A stretch of DNA of 28,527 bases from Halocynthiibacter sp. (GCA_049609065.1 JBMYYE010000017.1:1-28527), one strand, 5' to 3'; shown: positions 1 through 9,259, numbered from the stretch's first letter. Notes: a model not told the origin generated them from the letters alone. Numbers and translations: made by a program.

Positions 1-410
1 CCTATTCTGCGGCGAACCGGTCTGGTTGTGTGCGTATTCCTTGGACTGAAAGCCCGAAAGCGAAACGCGTAGAAGCGCGCTTCCCTGATCCGGCGGCAAA
101 CCCATATCTTTGCTTTGCTGCCCTGCTTATGGCAGGCCTTGACGGCATCAAAAACAAGATCGATCCAGGCCCCGCATCTGACAAAGATCTCTACGATCTT
201 CCACCAGAAGAATTGGCCGGCATCCCAACGGTTTGTGGGTCCCTTCGCGAAGCTCTCGATTCACTTGAAGAAAACAATGACTTCTTGTGTGCAGGCGACG
301 TGTTCACCAAAGACCAAATCGAAGGCTATATCGCCCTTAAGCGCGACGAAAGCGAAGCTTACGAAACCATGCCACACCCAATTGAGTATAAAATGTACTA
401 CAGCTGCTAA
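1..410 (+). CDS. glnA: Glutamine synthetase type I, C-terminal part; the 5' end lies upstream of the window
   Basis: The open frame runs from the window edge. Its translation ends ...[22 protein letters not shown]...[13 protein letters not shown], which is the characteristic GlnA C-terminus. A GC-hairpin terminator follows the stop. Confidence 0.85.
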   Translation, partial: YSAANRSGCVRIPWTESPKAKRVEARFPDPAANPYLCFAALLMAGLDGIKNKIDPGPASDKDLYDLPPEELAGIPTVCGSLREALDSLEENNDFLCAGDVFTKDQIEGYIALKRDESEAYETMPHPIEYKMYYSC

Positions 411-432
411 GCTGATCATTTCTCATGAAATA

Positions 433-458
433 AAGGCGCCTCTCGGGGCGCCTTTTTA
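433..458 (+). terminator. Rho-independent terminator downstream of glnA
   Basis: aaaGGCGCCtctcggGGCGCCttttt: a GC-rich stem followed by a T5 run immediately after the glnA stop. Confidence 0.6.
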
Positions 459-491
459 CGTTTAAGCTTCGTTTCATTCACCTGCAGCCTG

Positions 492-1538
492 TTAACGCAT
501 CACCGCCCGTGAGGACCCATCCGCATATTTGCGGTGGATCAGCTGATCTTGTGCCTCACGCAGGGCCGCGATCCGCGCCCAAACACGGGTTTCAAATTCA
601 TCCATTTGCGGCTCAAGCATATGATGGGCCATGAACCAATAGAAATACGCCTCATAAGAGAAACTCTTAAGAAGAGTGGCCCCTTGGTTCAACGCATGCT
701 CTACACCCGCATAATCGCGCGCCACGTAAGTGGCCTCATGATAATCACAAGGCGCACAGGTGATGACGGGTTTCTTTTGCATCAGCGCCTCAAATCCGGC
801 AGCCGAATTTTGCGTCACAACATAAGCAGAAGCGCGAATAAGCGCATGCACCGATTGTTCGGTAATCTCCACATGGTCAAATTGGCTGCAGACGTGCCGC
901 GCATGGAGGCGATCCGCCGCACTGGCATTGGGGTGGCATTTCACATAGATGCGCTCATCTGTTGAGTGCGCCACATGGGCAATCATTTCATGGGTCGCGA
1001 GATAGGGTTCCGCCGTTATGCCGGGACTGCCATCTTGTAAAAACACGACCGCTTTGGCGGATGGGATCCAACCTGTCACAGGGGGCTGCGTACTCTTTGA
1101 TTTGTTTTCGCTAATGTGTGACCCTGACACAGCATTGAAAAAATAGGTCGCCGCCTCTGTGTCAATCTCATGGGCGCGAAAGGATCGCTCCCCGATTGAA
1201 GAGCGCGCATAGACGCCATACGCATCCATATACCAAAACCCACAAAGATAGCTGGGACGCAGATGAAGCGCAGGCACCCGCCCTGCTTTCAAGTCGCCAA
1301 ATATCAAATTGGTATGTTCCAATTTGAGGGCAATACGGTCAACCCCGTTTGGGTAGCCCACCACATAACACCGCGTGTGTTCCTGCTGGGCTTTTGCATA
1401 TAATTTCCTAAAGAAATCATGCGTCTGCGCCATGATGTTTTCATAACCATCAGGATCCGCATGCACAACAATTGCCCCATCGGGGAGCGCCGATAGTTTC
1501 TCAGGGGACACAGGAATAAATTCTGTACGGGTCGTCAT
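492..1538 (-). CDS. KpsS/KpsC-like capsule polysaccharide biosynthesis protein (Capsule_synth family beta-Kdo transferase-like)
   Basis: A 348-aa ORF. The motifs IYVKCHP and VVTQNSAAGFEALMQKKPVITCA resemble the KpsS segments YLVIKHHP and VTINSTAGISALIHNKPLKVMG as I recall them. The supplied ORF opens at a TTG at 1556; I prefer the in-frame ATG at 1538, which sits 7 nt after a GGAGG. Confidence 0.5.
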   Translation of the reverse strand: MTTRTEFIPVSPEKLSALPDGAIVVHADPDGYENIMAQTHDFFRKLYAKAQQEHTRCYVVGYPNGVDRIALKLEHTNLIFGDLKAGRVPALHLRPSYLCGFWYMDAYGVYARSSIGERSFRAHEIDTEAATYFFNAVSGSHISENKSKSTQPPVTGWIPSAKAVVFLQDGSPGITAEPYLATHEMIAHVAHSTDERIYVKCHPNASAADRLHARHVCSQFDHVEITEQSVHALIRASAYVVTQNSAAGFEALMQKKPVITCAPCDYHEATYVARDYAGVEHALNQGATLLKSFSYEAYFYWFMAHHMLEPQMDEFETRVWARIAALREAQDQLIHRKYADGSSRAVMR

Positions 1539-1891
1539 GAAAGGGCCTCCATGCAAACTATCTGAGAGAGGCCAAAACAGGACGCCCCGCCCCTATGGAT
1601 CATCACAGCATCAAAATGACAGATGCACACCATGGAGGATATCCGCGGCGTAACAGGGACAGGCCCTTTTCCAAAATGTGAGGACTGCTTTCGCCTCATA
1701 CTGCTTCCTTTATCGCCTTCACATCACGGTCAATGCCGCGGCGGGGTCGTTTTTTTTGAGTATGAAACCTACGCCCCCCATAATCAAGGAAAACCACCCA
1801 AAACCGCCTCAATTGCGACATAAACTCTTGTCGCTTTTGGAAAAGACGCCCCCTGATACTGCGCTCTTAATGGTCACAACAGGAGGTTCCC

Positions 1892-3235
1892 ATGACTGAT
1901 CCCTACCGCGACCGACGTAAAATTGATCCAACCAAAGGTGCAACCTTGGGCGATGGGTCCCCCAACGATAATGATCGCATTGAAATCGGGCCGACCCAGC
2001 TTGCCTTTAAAGAATGGGAGGCTGCGGGCCTCACTCCGCCAAACCTTGAACAGATGCGCAAATACCGTTGGGAACGCCTCACCCAGCATATCGTTGATCG
2101 CGGGCTTGGCGGGCTTTTGATGTTTGATCCTCTCAACATTCGCTATGCCACCGACACCACCAATATGCAGCTCTGGAACACCCATAACCCGTTTCGCGCG
2201 GTGCTGTTATGCGCCGATGGGCATATGGTTTTGTGGGATTATAAAAACGCACCGTTTTTGGCGGATTATAACCCACTGGTAAAAGAAAACCGATCTGGGG
2301 CCTCGATGTTTTATTTTGCTGTTGGCGATAAAGATAACGACGCGGCCCATGATTTTGTTGGACAAATCGATGAGGTGATGCGCGCCCATGCCGGCGACAA
2401 TCGTCGCTTGGCCGTGGATAAAATCATGGTCGCGGGCTTGCGGGCCTTGGAACAGGCCGGGTTTGACGTCCTTGACGGCGAAGAAGTCACCGAAAAATCC
2501 CGCGCCATCAAAGGGCCCGATGAAATTTTGGCCATGCGCTGTGCCCATCACGCCTGCGAAGCCGCGATGTTTGAAATGGAGCAGCGCACACGCAACGATG
2601 TGCCCCAAGGCAACATGTCCGAAGACGACATCTGGGCCATTCTACACGCCGAAAACATCCGCCGCGGTGGGGAATGGATTGAAACCCGCCTTCTGTCCTC
2701 TGGGCCACGCACCAATCCGTGGTTCCAAGAATGTGGACCGCGCATTGTGCAAAACAACGAAATCGTTGCCTTTGATACCGATCTCATCGGGCCGTATGGC
2801 ATCTGCATTGATGTGTCGCGCACATGGTGGGTCGGGGATCAGCCCCCGCGCCCCGATATGGTTTACGCCATGCAACACGCCCATGAACACATCATGACCA
2901 ATATGGAGATGCTCAAACCAGGGGCGCGCATCGAAGATATCGTGCGCAACACCCATGTGCTTGATGATCAATACCAGAAAGGCAAATATAGCTGCCTTAT
3001 GCATGGGGTTGGGCTTTGTGATGAATGGCCGCTGATTGCCTATCCAGATGAGGCGGTCACAGGCGCGTTTGATCATAGATTGGAGGCGGGCATGGTGCTC
3101 TGTGTCGAAGCATTGGTGAGCCCCGAAGGTGGTGATTTCTCAATCAAGCTCGAAGAGCAGGTGTTGATCACCGAAGATGGCTTTGAAAACCTCACCACCT
3201 ATCCGTTTGATCCGCGTTTGATGGGGATGAATTAG
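1892..3235 (+). CDS. dddP: M24B-family metalloenzyme, DddP-like DMSP lyase (447 aa)
   Basis: AGGAGG lies 6 nt upstream of the ATG. The fold is creatinase/prolidase-like. The predicted ligands D295, D297, D307, H371, E406 and E421, plus W95, Y366 and D377, fall at exactly the positions I recall for the DddP active site. The length, 447 aa, also matches. Confidence 0.6.
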   Translation: MTDPYRDRRKIDPTKGATLGDGSPNDNDRIEIGPTQLAFKEWEAAGLTPPNLEQMRKYRWERLTQHIVDRGLGGLLMFDPLNIRYATDTTNMQLWNTHNPFRAVLLCADGHMVLWDYKNAPFLADYNPLVKENRSGASMFYFAVGDKDNDAAHDFVGQIDEVMRAHAGDNRRLAVDKIMVAGLRALEQAGFDVLDGEEVTEKSRAIKGPDEILAMRCAHHACEAAMFEMEQRTRNDVPQGNMSEDDIWAILHAENIRRGGEWIETRLLSSGPRTNPWFQECGPRIVQNNEIVAFDTDLIGPYGICIDVSRTWWVGDQPPRPDMVYAMQHAHEHIMTNMEMLKPGARIEDIVRNTHVLDDQYQKGKYSCLMHGVGLCDEWPLIAYPDEAVTGAFDHRLEAGMVLCVEALVSPEGGDFSIKLEEQVLITEDGFENLTTYPFDPRLMGMN

Positions 3236-4095
3236 GGCTGGCGCAGCAAATACGCGGCCACCCCTTTATGATCCGACCCCAACCGTTTACGCGTGCGTGT
3301 TGCCCCCGTAAACGCATCCGAAATCAGCACATGATCGATCCGCACTCCCATTTTGATCTTGGGCAGGCGAAAGCTATGGCCACCCCCTGAAATCCACCGC
3401 GCATTGGCCGCATCAGCAAGGGCAGAAATGGCATGAGTGTGCGGCACCGCATTAAAATCACCACCGATGATTTTTGCCCCTTTGAGGCCCTCTAAAATCG
3501 GGATGAGCCGCGTGACTTGCGCCGCTTGGCCATAGGGGTAAGGCCAATGCAGATGAATGGAAACAATCCAAACAGGCCCCGTTTTTGTCTGCACCTGCAT
3601 CGCCGCCAATCCATCACGATCCGCACAGGTTTGCGTGCCTTCAATCACAGGATATTTCGACAGCACCGCCGTGCCCCCGACGGTTGCGAAGTTGCAAAAA
3701 TGCTGGCTGGGAAATTCGGGTTTGAGGCGCTCAAGGATGCTCCCATTATACTTACTCACCTCTTGAAAACTGATAGATTGCGCCCCCGTTTCGGCGATAT
3801 CATCGACAATACGGCTTGGATTAGTCATTAAAAACAAAAGATTTTTTTGGTAATGCACATGAGTTGGCGTTGCGGGCATTTCCCCGCCATCACGAGGCAA
3901 GAAAGCAAATGCCGCCAAAGCCACCATGCCAAGCCCCATCCATTTGCGACCCAACAGTTCAAGACACCCCGCAAAGACCAAGATCCCCGCCATCACAGGG
4001 CGAAAAACAGCCAAGCTATCCGCCAAAGGATGCACGCCACCAAAGTAGCTCAGACAGAGCCAAAGCCCCGCCAATATGGCAATAAGCCTAACCAT
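3232..4095 (-). CDS. Endonuclease/exonuclease/phosphatase (EEP) family protein with N-terminal transmembrane segments
   Basis: The N-terminus is hydrophobic (LIAILAGLWLCLSYFGG..., then a second TM helix). The C-terminal part carries EEP-like motifs (GGDFNAV, SDHKGV). The ATG at 4095 overlaps the nadE stop by 8 nt; an alternative TTG lies at 4116. The stop overlaps the dddP stop on the opposite strand. Confidence 0.55.
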   Translation of the reverse strand: MVRLIAILAGLWLCLSYFGGVHPLADSLAVFRPVMAGILVFAGCLELLGRKWMGLGMVALAAFAFLPRDGGEMPATPTHVHYQKNLLFLMTNPSRIVDDIAETGAQSISFQEVSKYNGSILERLKPEFPSQHFCNFATVGGTAVLSKYPVIEGTQTCADRDGLAAMQVQTKTGPVWIVSIHLHWPYPYGQAAQVTRLIPILEGLKGAKIIGGDFNAVPHTHAISALADAANARWISGGGHSFRLPKIKMGVRIDHVLISDAFTGATRTRKRLGSDHKGVAAYLLRQP

Positions 4096-5746
4096 TATCG
4101 CGCCAACGATTGGCAATCGGATAGCGGCGATCCAACCAAAATGCCCCTTTGGTCAAACGGGTGCCCGGTGCGGACTGAAACCGTTTATATTCAGAGATAT
4201 AGATCAGATGCTCAACCTTTTTCACGGTGTCGCGCTCATAGCCCATCCCAACGACCTCAGCGACGGATTTTTCATGATCGACCAAGGCTTCTAGGATGGC
4301 ATCCAACACTTCATAAGGCGGCAAGCTGTCTTCGTCTTTTTGATCTGGTCTAAGCTCGGCTGAAGGCGGCTTATCAATAATCGACACGGGGATCGGTGCG
4401 CCCTTTGGCCCCATCATCCAATCACGATGATGGGCGTTGCGCCAACGACAGGTTTCAAACACCCGCATTTTATAGAGGTCTTTGATCGGGTTATACCCGC
4501 CTGCCATGTCACCATAAATCGTCGCATAGCCCACCGCGACTTCGGACTTATTCCCCGTCGTCAGGAGCATTTCACCCGTTTTATTGGACAAAGCCATCAA
4601 CAACAGGCCCCGCAGGCGCGATTGGATATTTTCTTCGGTCACGTCGGGCTCTAACCCCGCAAAAAACGGCGCCAACGTGTTGGTGATCGCATCGCGCCCT
4701 TCTTTGATCGGCACATAATCATAGCGACAGCCGAGGTTTTCCGCGATTTCCTTGGCATCATCAAGGGACCCTTGTGAGGTGTATTCCGATGGCAACATCA
4801 CACAGCGCACATTGTCCGCACCCAGTGCATCCACCGCGATCATCGCCACAATCGCGCTATCAATCCCGCCTGAAAGGCCCAATAGAACCTTTTTAAAACC
4901 GGTTTTCCCCATGTAATCGCGTAAGGATTGTACCATGACACGGTAATCTTGTTCCCAATCATTGGGGAATGTGGCTTTGGGGCCGTCTTTGGCGACCCAG
5001 CCCGCATCGCTGCGTTCAAAATCCACATGGGTGATTGTTTCGTCAAATAAAGGCAGCTGCACGGCCAATTTGGCGCCTTGGTTCAAGACAAAAGAACCAC
5101 CGTCAAACACTTGGTCATCTTGGCCGCCCACTTGGTTGATATAGACCATAGGCAGACCCGTTTCGATCACCCGCGCCACCATATGGGCCATGCGGTTGTC
5201 AAATTTGTTGCGATAATAGGGTGATCCATTTGGAACAACCAATATTTCAGCCCCGGTTTCCAACAAGGTTTCGCACACATCAGGGTGCCACGCGTCTTCG
5301 CAAATGGGGCTGCCGATGCGCACGCCGTTGATTTGATATGGACCAGACACATCGCCCACCTCAAAGACCCGCACCTCATCAAATACCGCCTCATTTGGCA
5401 GGTGATGTTTTTTCACCCGCGTCTTCACCGTGCCGTTTTCCAAGATGAAATACGCGTTATACACGTTGCCGTTTTCGAAAAATGGCGTGCCAATACCAAT
5501 CGCAGGCCCATCCGCACAATCGCGCGCCAATGCTTCAACCGCGGCCACACAATCACGCATATAGGCCGGGCGCTTTGACAAATCTTGCGCGTCATAGCCC
5601 GAGATATACATCTCAGGAAACGCGATCATATCCGCCTGAGCCGCCTTGGCCTCAGCCCACGCGTCTTGCGCGGCCTTCTTATTCATCTCAATCCCACCAA
5701 CGGTTGGATTTAACTGTGCGATTGTCACACGAAACCGATCTGACAT
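4088..5746 (-). CDS. nadE: Glutamine-dependent NAD+ synthetase (CN-hydrolase domain plus NAD synthase domain)
   Basis: A 552-aa ORF. The N-terminal part reads as a nitrilase-like domain and the C-terminal part as an NAD synthetase domain with the SGGIDS P-loop. The RBS GGTGAGGA precedes the ATG. Confidence 0.9.
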   Translation of the reverse strand: MSDRFRVTIAQLNPTVGGIEMNKKAAQDAWAEAKAAQADMIAFPEMYISGYDAQDLSKRPAYMRDCVAAVEALARDCADGPAIGIGTPFFENGNVYNAYFILENGTVKTRVKKHHLPNEAVFDEVRVFEVGDVSGPYQINGVRIGSPICEDAWHPDVCETLLETGAEILVVPNGSPYYRNKFDNRMAHMVARVIETGLPMVYINQVGGQDDQVFDGGSFVLNQGAKLAVQLPLFDETITHVDFERSDAGWVAKDGPKATFPNDWEQDYRVMVQSLRDYMGKTGFKKVLLGLSGGIDSAIVAMIAVDALGADNVRCVMLPSEYTSQGSLDDAKEIAENLGCRYDYVPIKEGRDAITNTLAPFFAGLEPDVTEENIQSRLRGLLLMALSNKTGEMLLTTGNKSEVAVGYATIYGDMAGGYNPIKDLYKMRVFETCRWRNAHHRDWMMGPKGAPIPVSIIDKPPSAELRPDQKDEDSLPPYEVLDAILEALVDHEKSVAEVVGMGYERDTVKKVEHLIYISEYKRFQSAPGTRLTKGAFWLDRRYPIANRWRDNG

Positions 5747-5952
5747 TCCTCACCCCATTGTGTTCAAATGCATATTTAAAACCCGTTTAAATCACGGGTA
5801 TCTTTTTAGCATGCATACGCGGAATTTCCCCTATGTGAAAGAGCCATCGGCAGGTCCTTGCCCGCAAATTACCGTAAAGAACGGGCCTTGCGGTTGTCGG
5901 GCGCCAAAAACCATGCGATAGTTCAGGAAAATTTGTATTTGAGGTCCGCAAT

Positions 5953-7563
5953 ATGCGATTTAACCGCGTTTTGATGCTCACGGTGTGTTTGCCAATTATG
6001 AATGTAGCCGCACCCAATCCCGTTTTGGCACAAGTCACACAAGTCGAACATCTTCAGCTTGAAGGTGGCGGTATCTATGAAGGCTCGCTCAAGGATGGGA
6101 AACGCCATGGGCAAGGCTCCGTTGTGATGCCCAATGGCTATCAATATTCAGGCGAATGGGTGGATGGCGAAATTATTGGCCAAGGCGTGGCAAAATACCC
6201 GTCTGGTGCGGTCTATGAAGGCCCGTTTAAAAATGGCGCCCCCAATGGCAAAGGCCATTTTACCTATGCTGATGGGTCTGTCTATGATGGCGATATCCTC
6301 AACCATGAAATCACGGGGCAAGGTGTTTTGCTCTATGCGGATGGCTCACGTTATGAAGGGGCATTTTTAAACGGAAAACTCCACGGCAAAGGTGTGTTGC
6401 GCACGCCTGATGGCTATATCTATGACGGCGCATGGATCGAAGGGGCCAAAGACGGCGAAGGTAAAGTATCCTACGCGGATGGCTCGGTCTATATTGGCGG
6501 GTTCGCAAATGGTAAAAACCAAGGCAAGGGTATTTTAAATACCCCTGATGGTCTCCATTACGAAGGTGAATGGCTTGCGGGTCAAATGAATGGCAAAGGC
6601 AGCCTCACCCAGCCCAATGGCGATATTTACGAAGGAAGCTTCATAACAGGGCGCCGTGAGGGCGCAGGAAAAATCACCTATGAAAATGGGGATGTCTACG
6701 AAGGCTCCTTCCAAGATGACCATCGCCACGGCCAAGGCATGCTCACCCAAAAAGAGGGGTTTACCTATAAAGGAAACTGGCACAAAGGCCGCATTGCAGG
6801 GGATGGAAAAATGACCTTTGCGGATGGGACCCAGTATGAAGGTCTTTTTAAAAATGGCCAACCTGAAGGGCTCGGCACCATGACCTATGCCGATGGCGGC
6901 AGCTATGTCGGGGATTGGAAAACGGGCCTTTTTGACGGCAAAGGCGTTGCAACCTACACCTCAGGCACACGCTATGATGGCGCTTTCACCAAAGGCCACC
7001 GCAGCGGCCAAGGCACGATCAAAACCGCAGATGGGCTCTCTTATGCTGGGGGCTGGCGCAATGACAAAGCCCATGGCACAGGCAAAATGACCTTTGAAAA
7101 CGGGGATATCTACGAAGGCGCATTCTTCGAAGGTAAGCGTCGCGGCGCCGGCAAAATCACCAAAACCGACGGCTTTATATATGACGGGACATGGGACGAT
7201 AACCTATTTTCCGGATCTGGGATTGCCACCTACCCCAATGGGGATGTGTTCGCCGGGCTCTTTGACAAAGGCCTGCGCCACGGTGAAGGCACCATTACCT
7301 ATAAAAACGGTGACACCGTTTCTGGGCGTTGGGAAAAAGGCGTCTTTGTTCCACAAACGACACCAGAAGCCGCGGCTGCCACGGCGGCCACACCTGAAAC
7401 CCCAAGCACCGATGCAGTCGCAGAAGAAAGCCCCGTCGTGGTCACCACCACGCCCACGCCTGTTGCAACCGATGAAACACCCACCGTAGACGATACAGCC
7501 CCTGCCATTGTCGTGCAGGAAGCGGATGCAACAACATTGCGCCCACAGCGGCGTCCAGAATAA
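5953..7563 (+). CDS. Secreted MORN-repeat protein: signal peptide, about 18 tandem 23-aa MORN repeats, and a Thr/Pro/Ala/Val-rich C-terminal tail
   Basis: The N-terminus MRFNRVLMLTVCLPIMNVAAPNPVLAQ looks like a signal peptide. It is followed by repeated Y-[ED]-G-x-[FW]-x-x-G-x-x-x-G-x-G units. The C-terminus is low-complexity (TTPEAAAATAATPETPSTD...TTTPTPVATDETPTVDD). Confidence 0.8.
   Translation: MRFNRVLMLTVCLPIMNVAAPNPVLAQVTQVEHLQLEGGGIYEGSLKDGKRHGQGSVVMPNGYQYSGEWVDGEIIGQGVAKYPSGAVYEGPFKNGAPNGKGHFTYADGSVYDGDILNHEITGQGVLLYADGSRYEGAFLNGKLHGKGVLRTPDGYIYDGAWIEGAKDGEGKVSYADGSVYIGGFANGKNQGKGILNTPDGLHYEGEWLAGQMNGKGSLTQPNGDIYEGSFITGRREGAGKITYENGDVYEGSFQDDHRHGQGMLTQKEGFTYKGNWHKGRIAGDGKMTFADGTQYEGLFKNGQPEGLGTMTYADGGSYVGDWKTGLFDGKGVATYTSGTRYDGAFTKGHRSGQGTIKTADGLSYAGGWRNDKAHGTGKMTFENGDIYEGAFFEGKRRGAGKITKTDGFIYDGTWDDNLFSGSGIATYPNGDVFAGLFDKGLRHGEGTITYKNGDTVSGRWEKGVFVPQTTPEAAAATAATPETPSTDAVAEESPVVVTTTPTPVATDETPTVDDTAPAIVVQEADATTLRPQRRPE
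6076..7333 (+). repeat. In-frame tandem array of about 18 degenerate 69-nt units encoding the MORN repeats
   Basis: Direct reading of the translation shows a 23-residue periodicity across almost the whole ORF. Confidence 0.7.
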
Positions 7564-7739
7564 AGCAGGCTCAAGATATACTCTTTATACTTTGGGCTCT
7601 GCCGCCCTTGGACCTCAAAAAACAACACCAAAAAGCGCGGCGCTTTACAGTGCCCCTAAAAAATTGTCATAATTTCAACAAAAATTAGAGGCATGCTCCA
7701 ATTCACATTGGGCATCGTGCCAACACCAAGGAGGAAAAC

Positions 7740-9161
7740 ATGCTAGGGATGGTATTCGCGCTGATTTTTGCAGCGATCATTTGGGGAACCACCAATTTTG
7801 CCCCCGTAAAATTCAGGGATTATTTCAAAGTCGGATATGTTGTCGCGGCGGGATATTTTTTATTCAGCGCCTTTAACGGCATCTTCTTTTATGCGGAACC
7901 TGGCTTCAAATATCACGTGCGCACCATATTGGGCACGGAAAAAATGGTCTCTGATACGGGCTATAACACCTATCTCTTTGGCCGCGTCAATGCGTGGAAA
8001 AACGCGATGTCTGTGCAATCCTCCAGCATCGGGACCCAAAAGGTAAGTGCGGAAGCAGAAAACAGCCTTATGAGCGCGAACATGCCGCCGCAGAGCCTTG
8101 TTTTCTTGGACCAAGTGGATGCCCGCGTCACCGCCACCACACGGTTTGAACTGCCCGCAGATCAAGAAGGGTTCTTGAAAATGGCCCGCCTTTACCGCAC
8201 GCCAGAGAACCTCTTGCGCACGGAATTGATCCCCGCGTTCCAAGAAACTTTGGGCGCAACAGCCGCGCTTCTATCTGCCGAAGATTACTTCCAAGGTGGT
8301 AAAACCGAATTTAACAACGAATTCCAACGTCAAATGGAAAACGGCATCTATATCGTGCGCCGCGTCGAAGACCGCGTGCGCCTTGATGAAGGGGGCGCCA
8401 AAGGGACGGCAAACGCAACCCTTGGGACCGACCAGAAAAACTATGGCGATCAATTTAAAACGGTATTTTCCGTTCGTAAAATGCTCGACGCAGCAGGTCA
8501 GCCCAAGCGCAAAGCACAGTCCTTTTCTAAATTTGGCATTTCGGTCACCTCCGCGCGCATCACAGGCGTAGATCCGAACCAAGAATTCAAACAGCGTATG
8601 CGCCTGCGTCAACAGGCCTCCGCTGACCGTGCGATTGCCCGTGAACAACGGATCCAAGAGGAAGAACAGCGGCTCTTGGCCATTGCCAAAGGCGAACGCG
8701 AAGTGGCCGAACGTCAAGCCCAAGCTAAGGTTTTGCAAATTGAACGAACCACAAATGCGGAAACCGAAAAGCAATTGGCGCTGACAGAAGCCAATAAGCT
8801 TAAGGAACAGGCGGAAATTGACCGCGAACGCTCTGGTATTTTGCTCGAAAAAGCGGAAATCGATGCCAAGGCCGTGAAAGTGGCCGCAGATGCCGAAGCC
8901 TATGCCAAAGCTGCCGTTCTCGAGGCTGATAACGCCCTTGCGCAAAAATTGGATGCCGAGGTCGAGATCCAGAAACTCTGGGCTGATGCCTACGCCAAAC
9001 GCAACGTGCCGCAATATGTCTTTGGCGGTGGCGGCAAAGACGGCCCGCCAACGGGCAATGATCAACAAGCCCAGCTTTTACAGCAGTTGTTGACCATGGA
9101 ATACGCCAAGCGGCTCGAATATGACCGCAGCTTGGAAAACCCTGTCCCTTCCAACCAATAA
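7740..9161 (+). CDS. SPFH/band-7 (flotillin-like) membrane protein with a long Glu/Ala/Lys-rich coiled-coil region
   Basis: A strong RBS (AAGGAGG) precedes the ATG. There is an N-terminal TM helix (MLGMVFALIFAAIIWG), an SPFH-like core, and then EA-rich heptad-like sequence (EREVAERQAQAKVLQIERTTNAETEKQLALTEANKLKEQAEIDRE...) typical of flotillin. Confidence 0.7.
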   Translation: MLGMVFALIFAAIIWGTTNFAPVKFRDYFKVGYVVAAGYFLFSAFNGIFFYAEPGFKYHVRTILGTEKMVSDTGYNTYLFGRVNAWKNAMSVQSSSIGTQKVSAEAENSLMSANMPPQSLVFLDQVDARVTATTRFELPADQEGFLKMARLYRTPENLLRTELIPAFQETLGATAALLSAEDYFQGGKTEFNNEFQRQMENGIYIVRRVEDRVRLDEGGAKGTANATLGTDQKNYGDQFKTVFSVRKMLDAAGQPKRKAQSFSKFGISVTSARITGVDPNQEFKQRMRLRQQASADRAIAREQRIQEEEQRLLAIAKGEREVAERQAQAKVLQIERTTNAETEKQLALTEANKLKEQAEIDRERSGILLEKAEIDAKAVKVAADAEAYAKAAVLEADNALAQKLDAEVEIQKLWADAYAKRNVPQYVFGGGGKDGPPTGNDQQAQLLQQLLTMEYAKRLEYDRSLENPVPSNQ

Positions 9162-9259
9162 GATGATCGCGCGGCCCCCGGGTCGCGCTTTCTTCTTGCG
9201 GCGCATTTTTTCATCAAAAGCTCTTTTCATTTGAAAAACCGCCCCCTATAGTCCGCCCC

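Noticed and set aside
534-965. 143-aa ORF on the plus strand inside the KpsS-like gene
   Set aside because: It is entirely antisense to a longer ORF with recognisable family motifs. It shows no motifs of its own and an arginine-rich composition typical of a reverse-frame artefact.
2207-3076. Several minus-strand ORFs (133-144 aa) inside dddP
   Set aside because: They are antisense to a well-supported 447-aa gene and carry His/Gly/Arg-rich frame-shadow composition.
7094-7631. ORFs overlapping the C-terminal low-complexity tail of the MORN gene on both strands
   Set aside because: These are frame shadows of the Thr/Pro/Ala-rich repeat region.
8271-9068. 265-aa minus-strand ORF opposite the SPFH coiled-coil region
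   Set aside because: Repetitive GAA/GCC codons produce long open antisense frames. Its composition is Phe/Gly/Leu-rich with no recognisable domain.
9165-9212. Possible terminator after the SPFH gene (GCGCGGCCCCCGGGTCGCGC ... GCGGCGCATTTTTT)
   Set aside because: The stems are imperfect and the T-tract is separated from the best stem. It is kept only as a weak possibility and not called as a feature.
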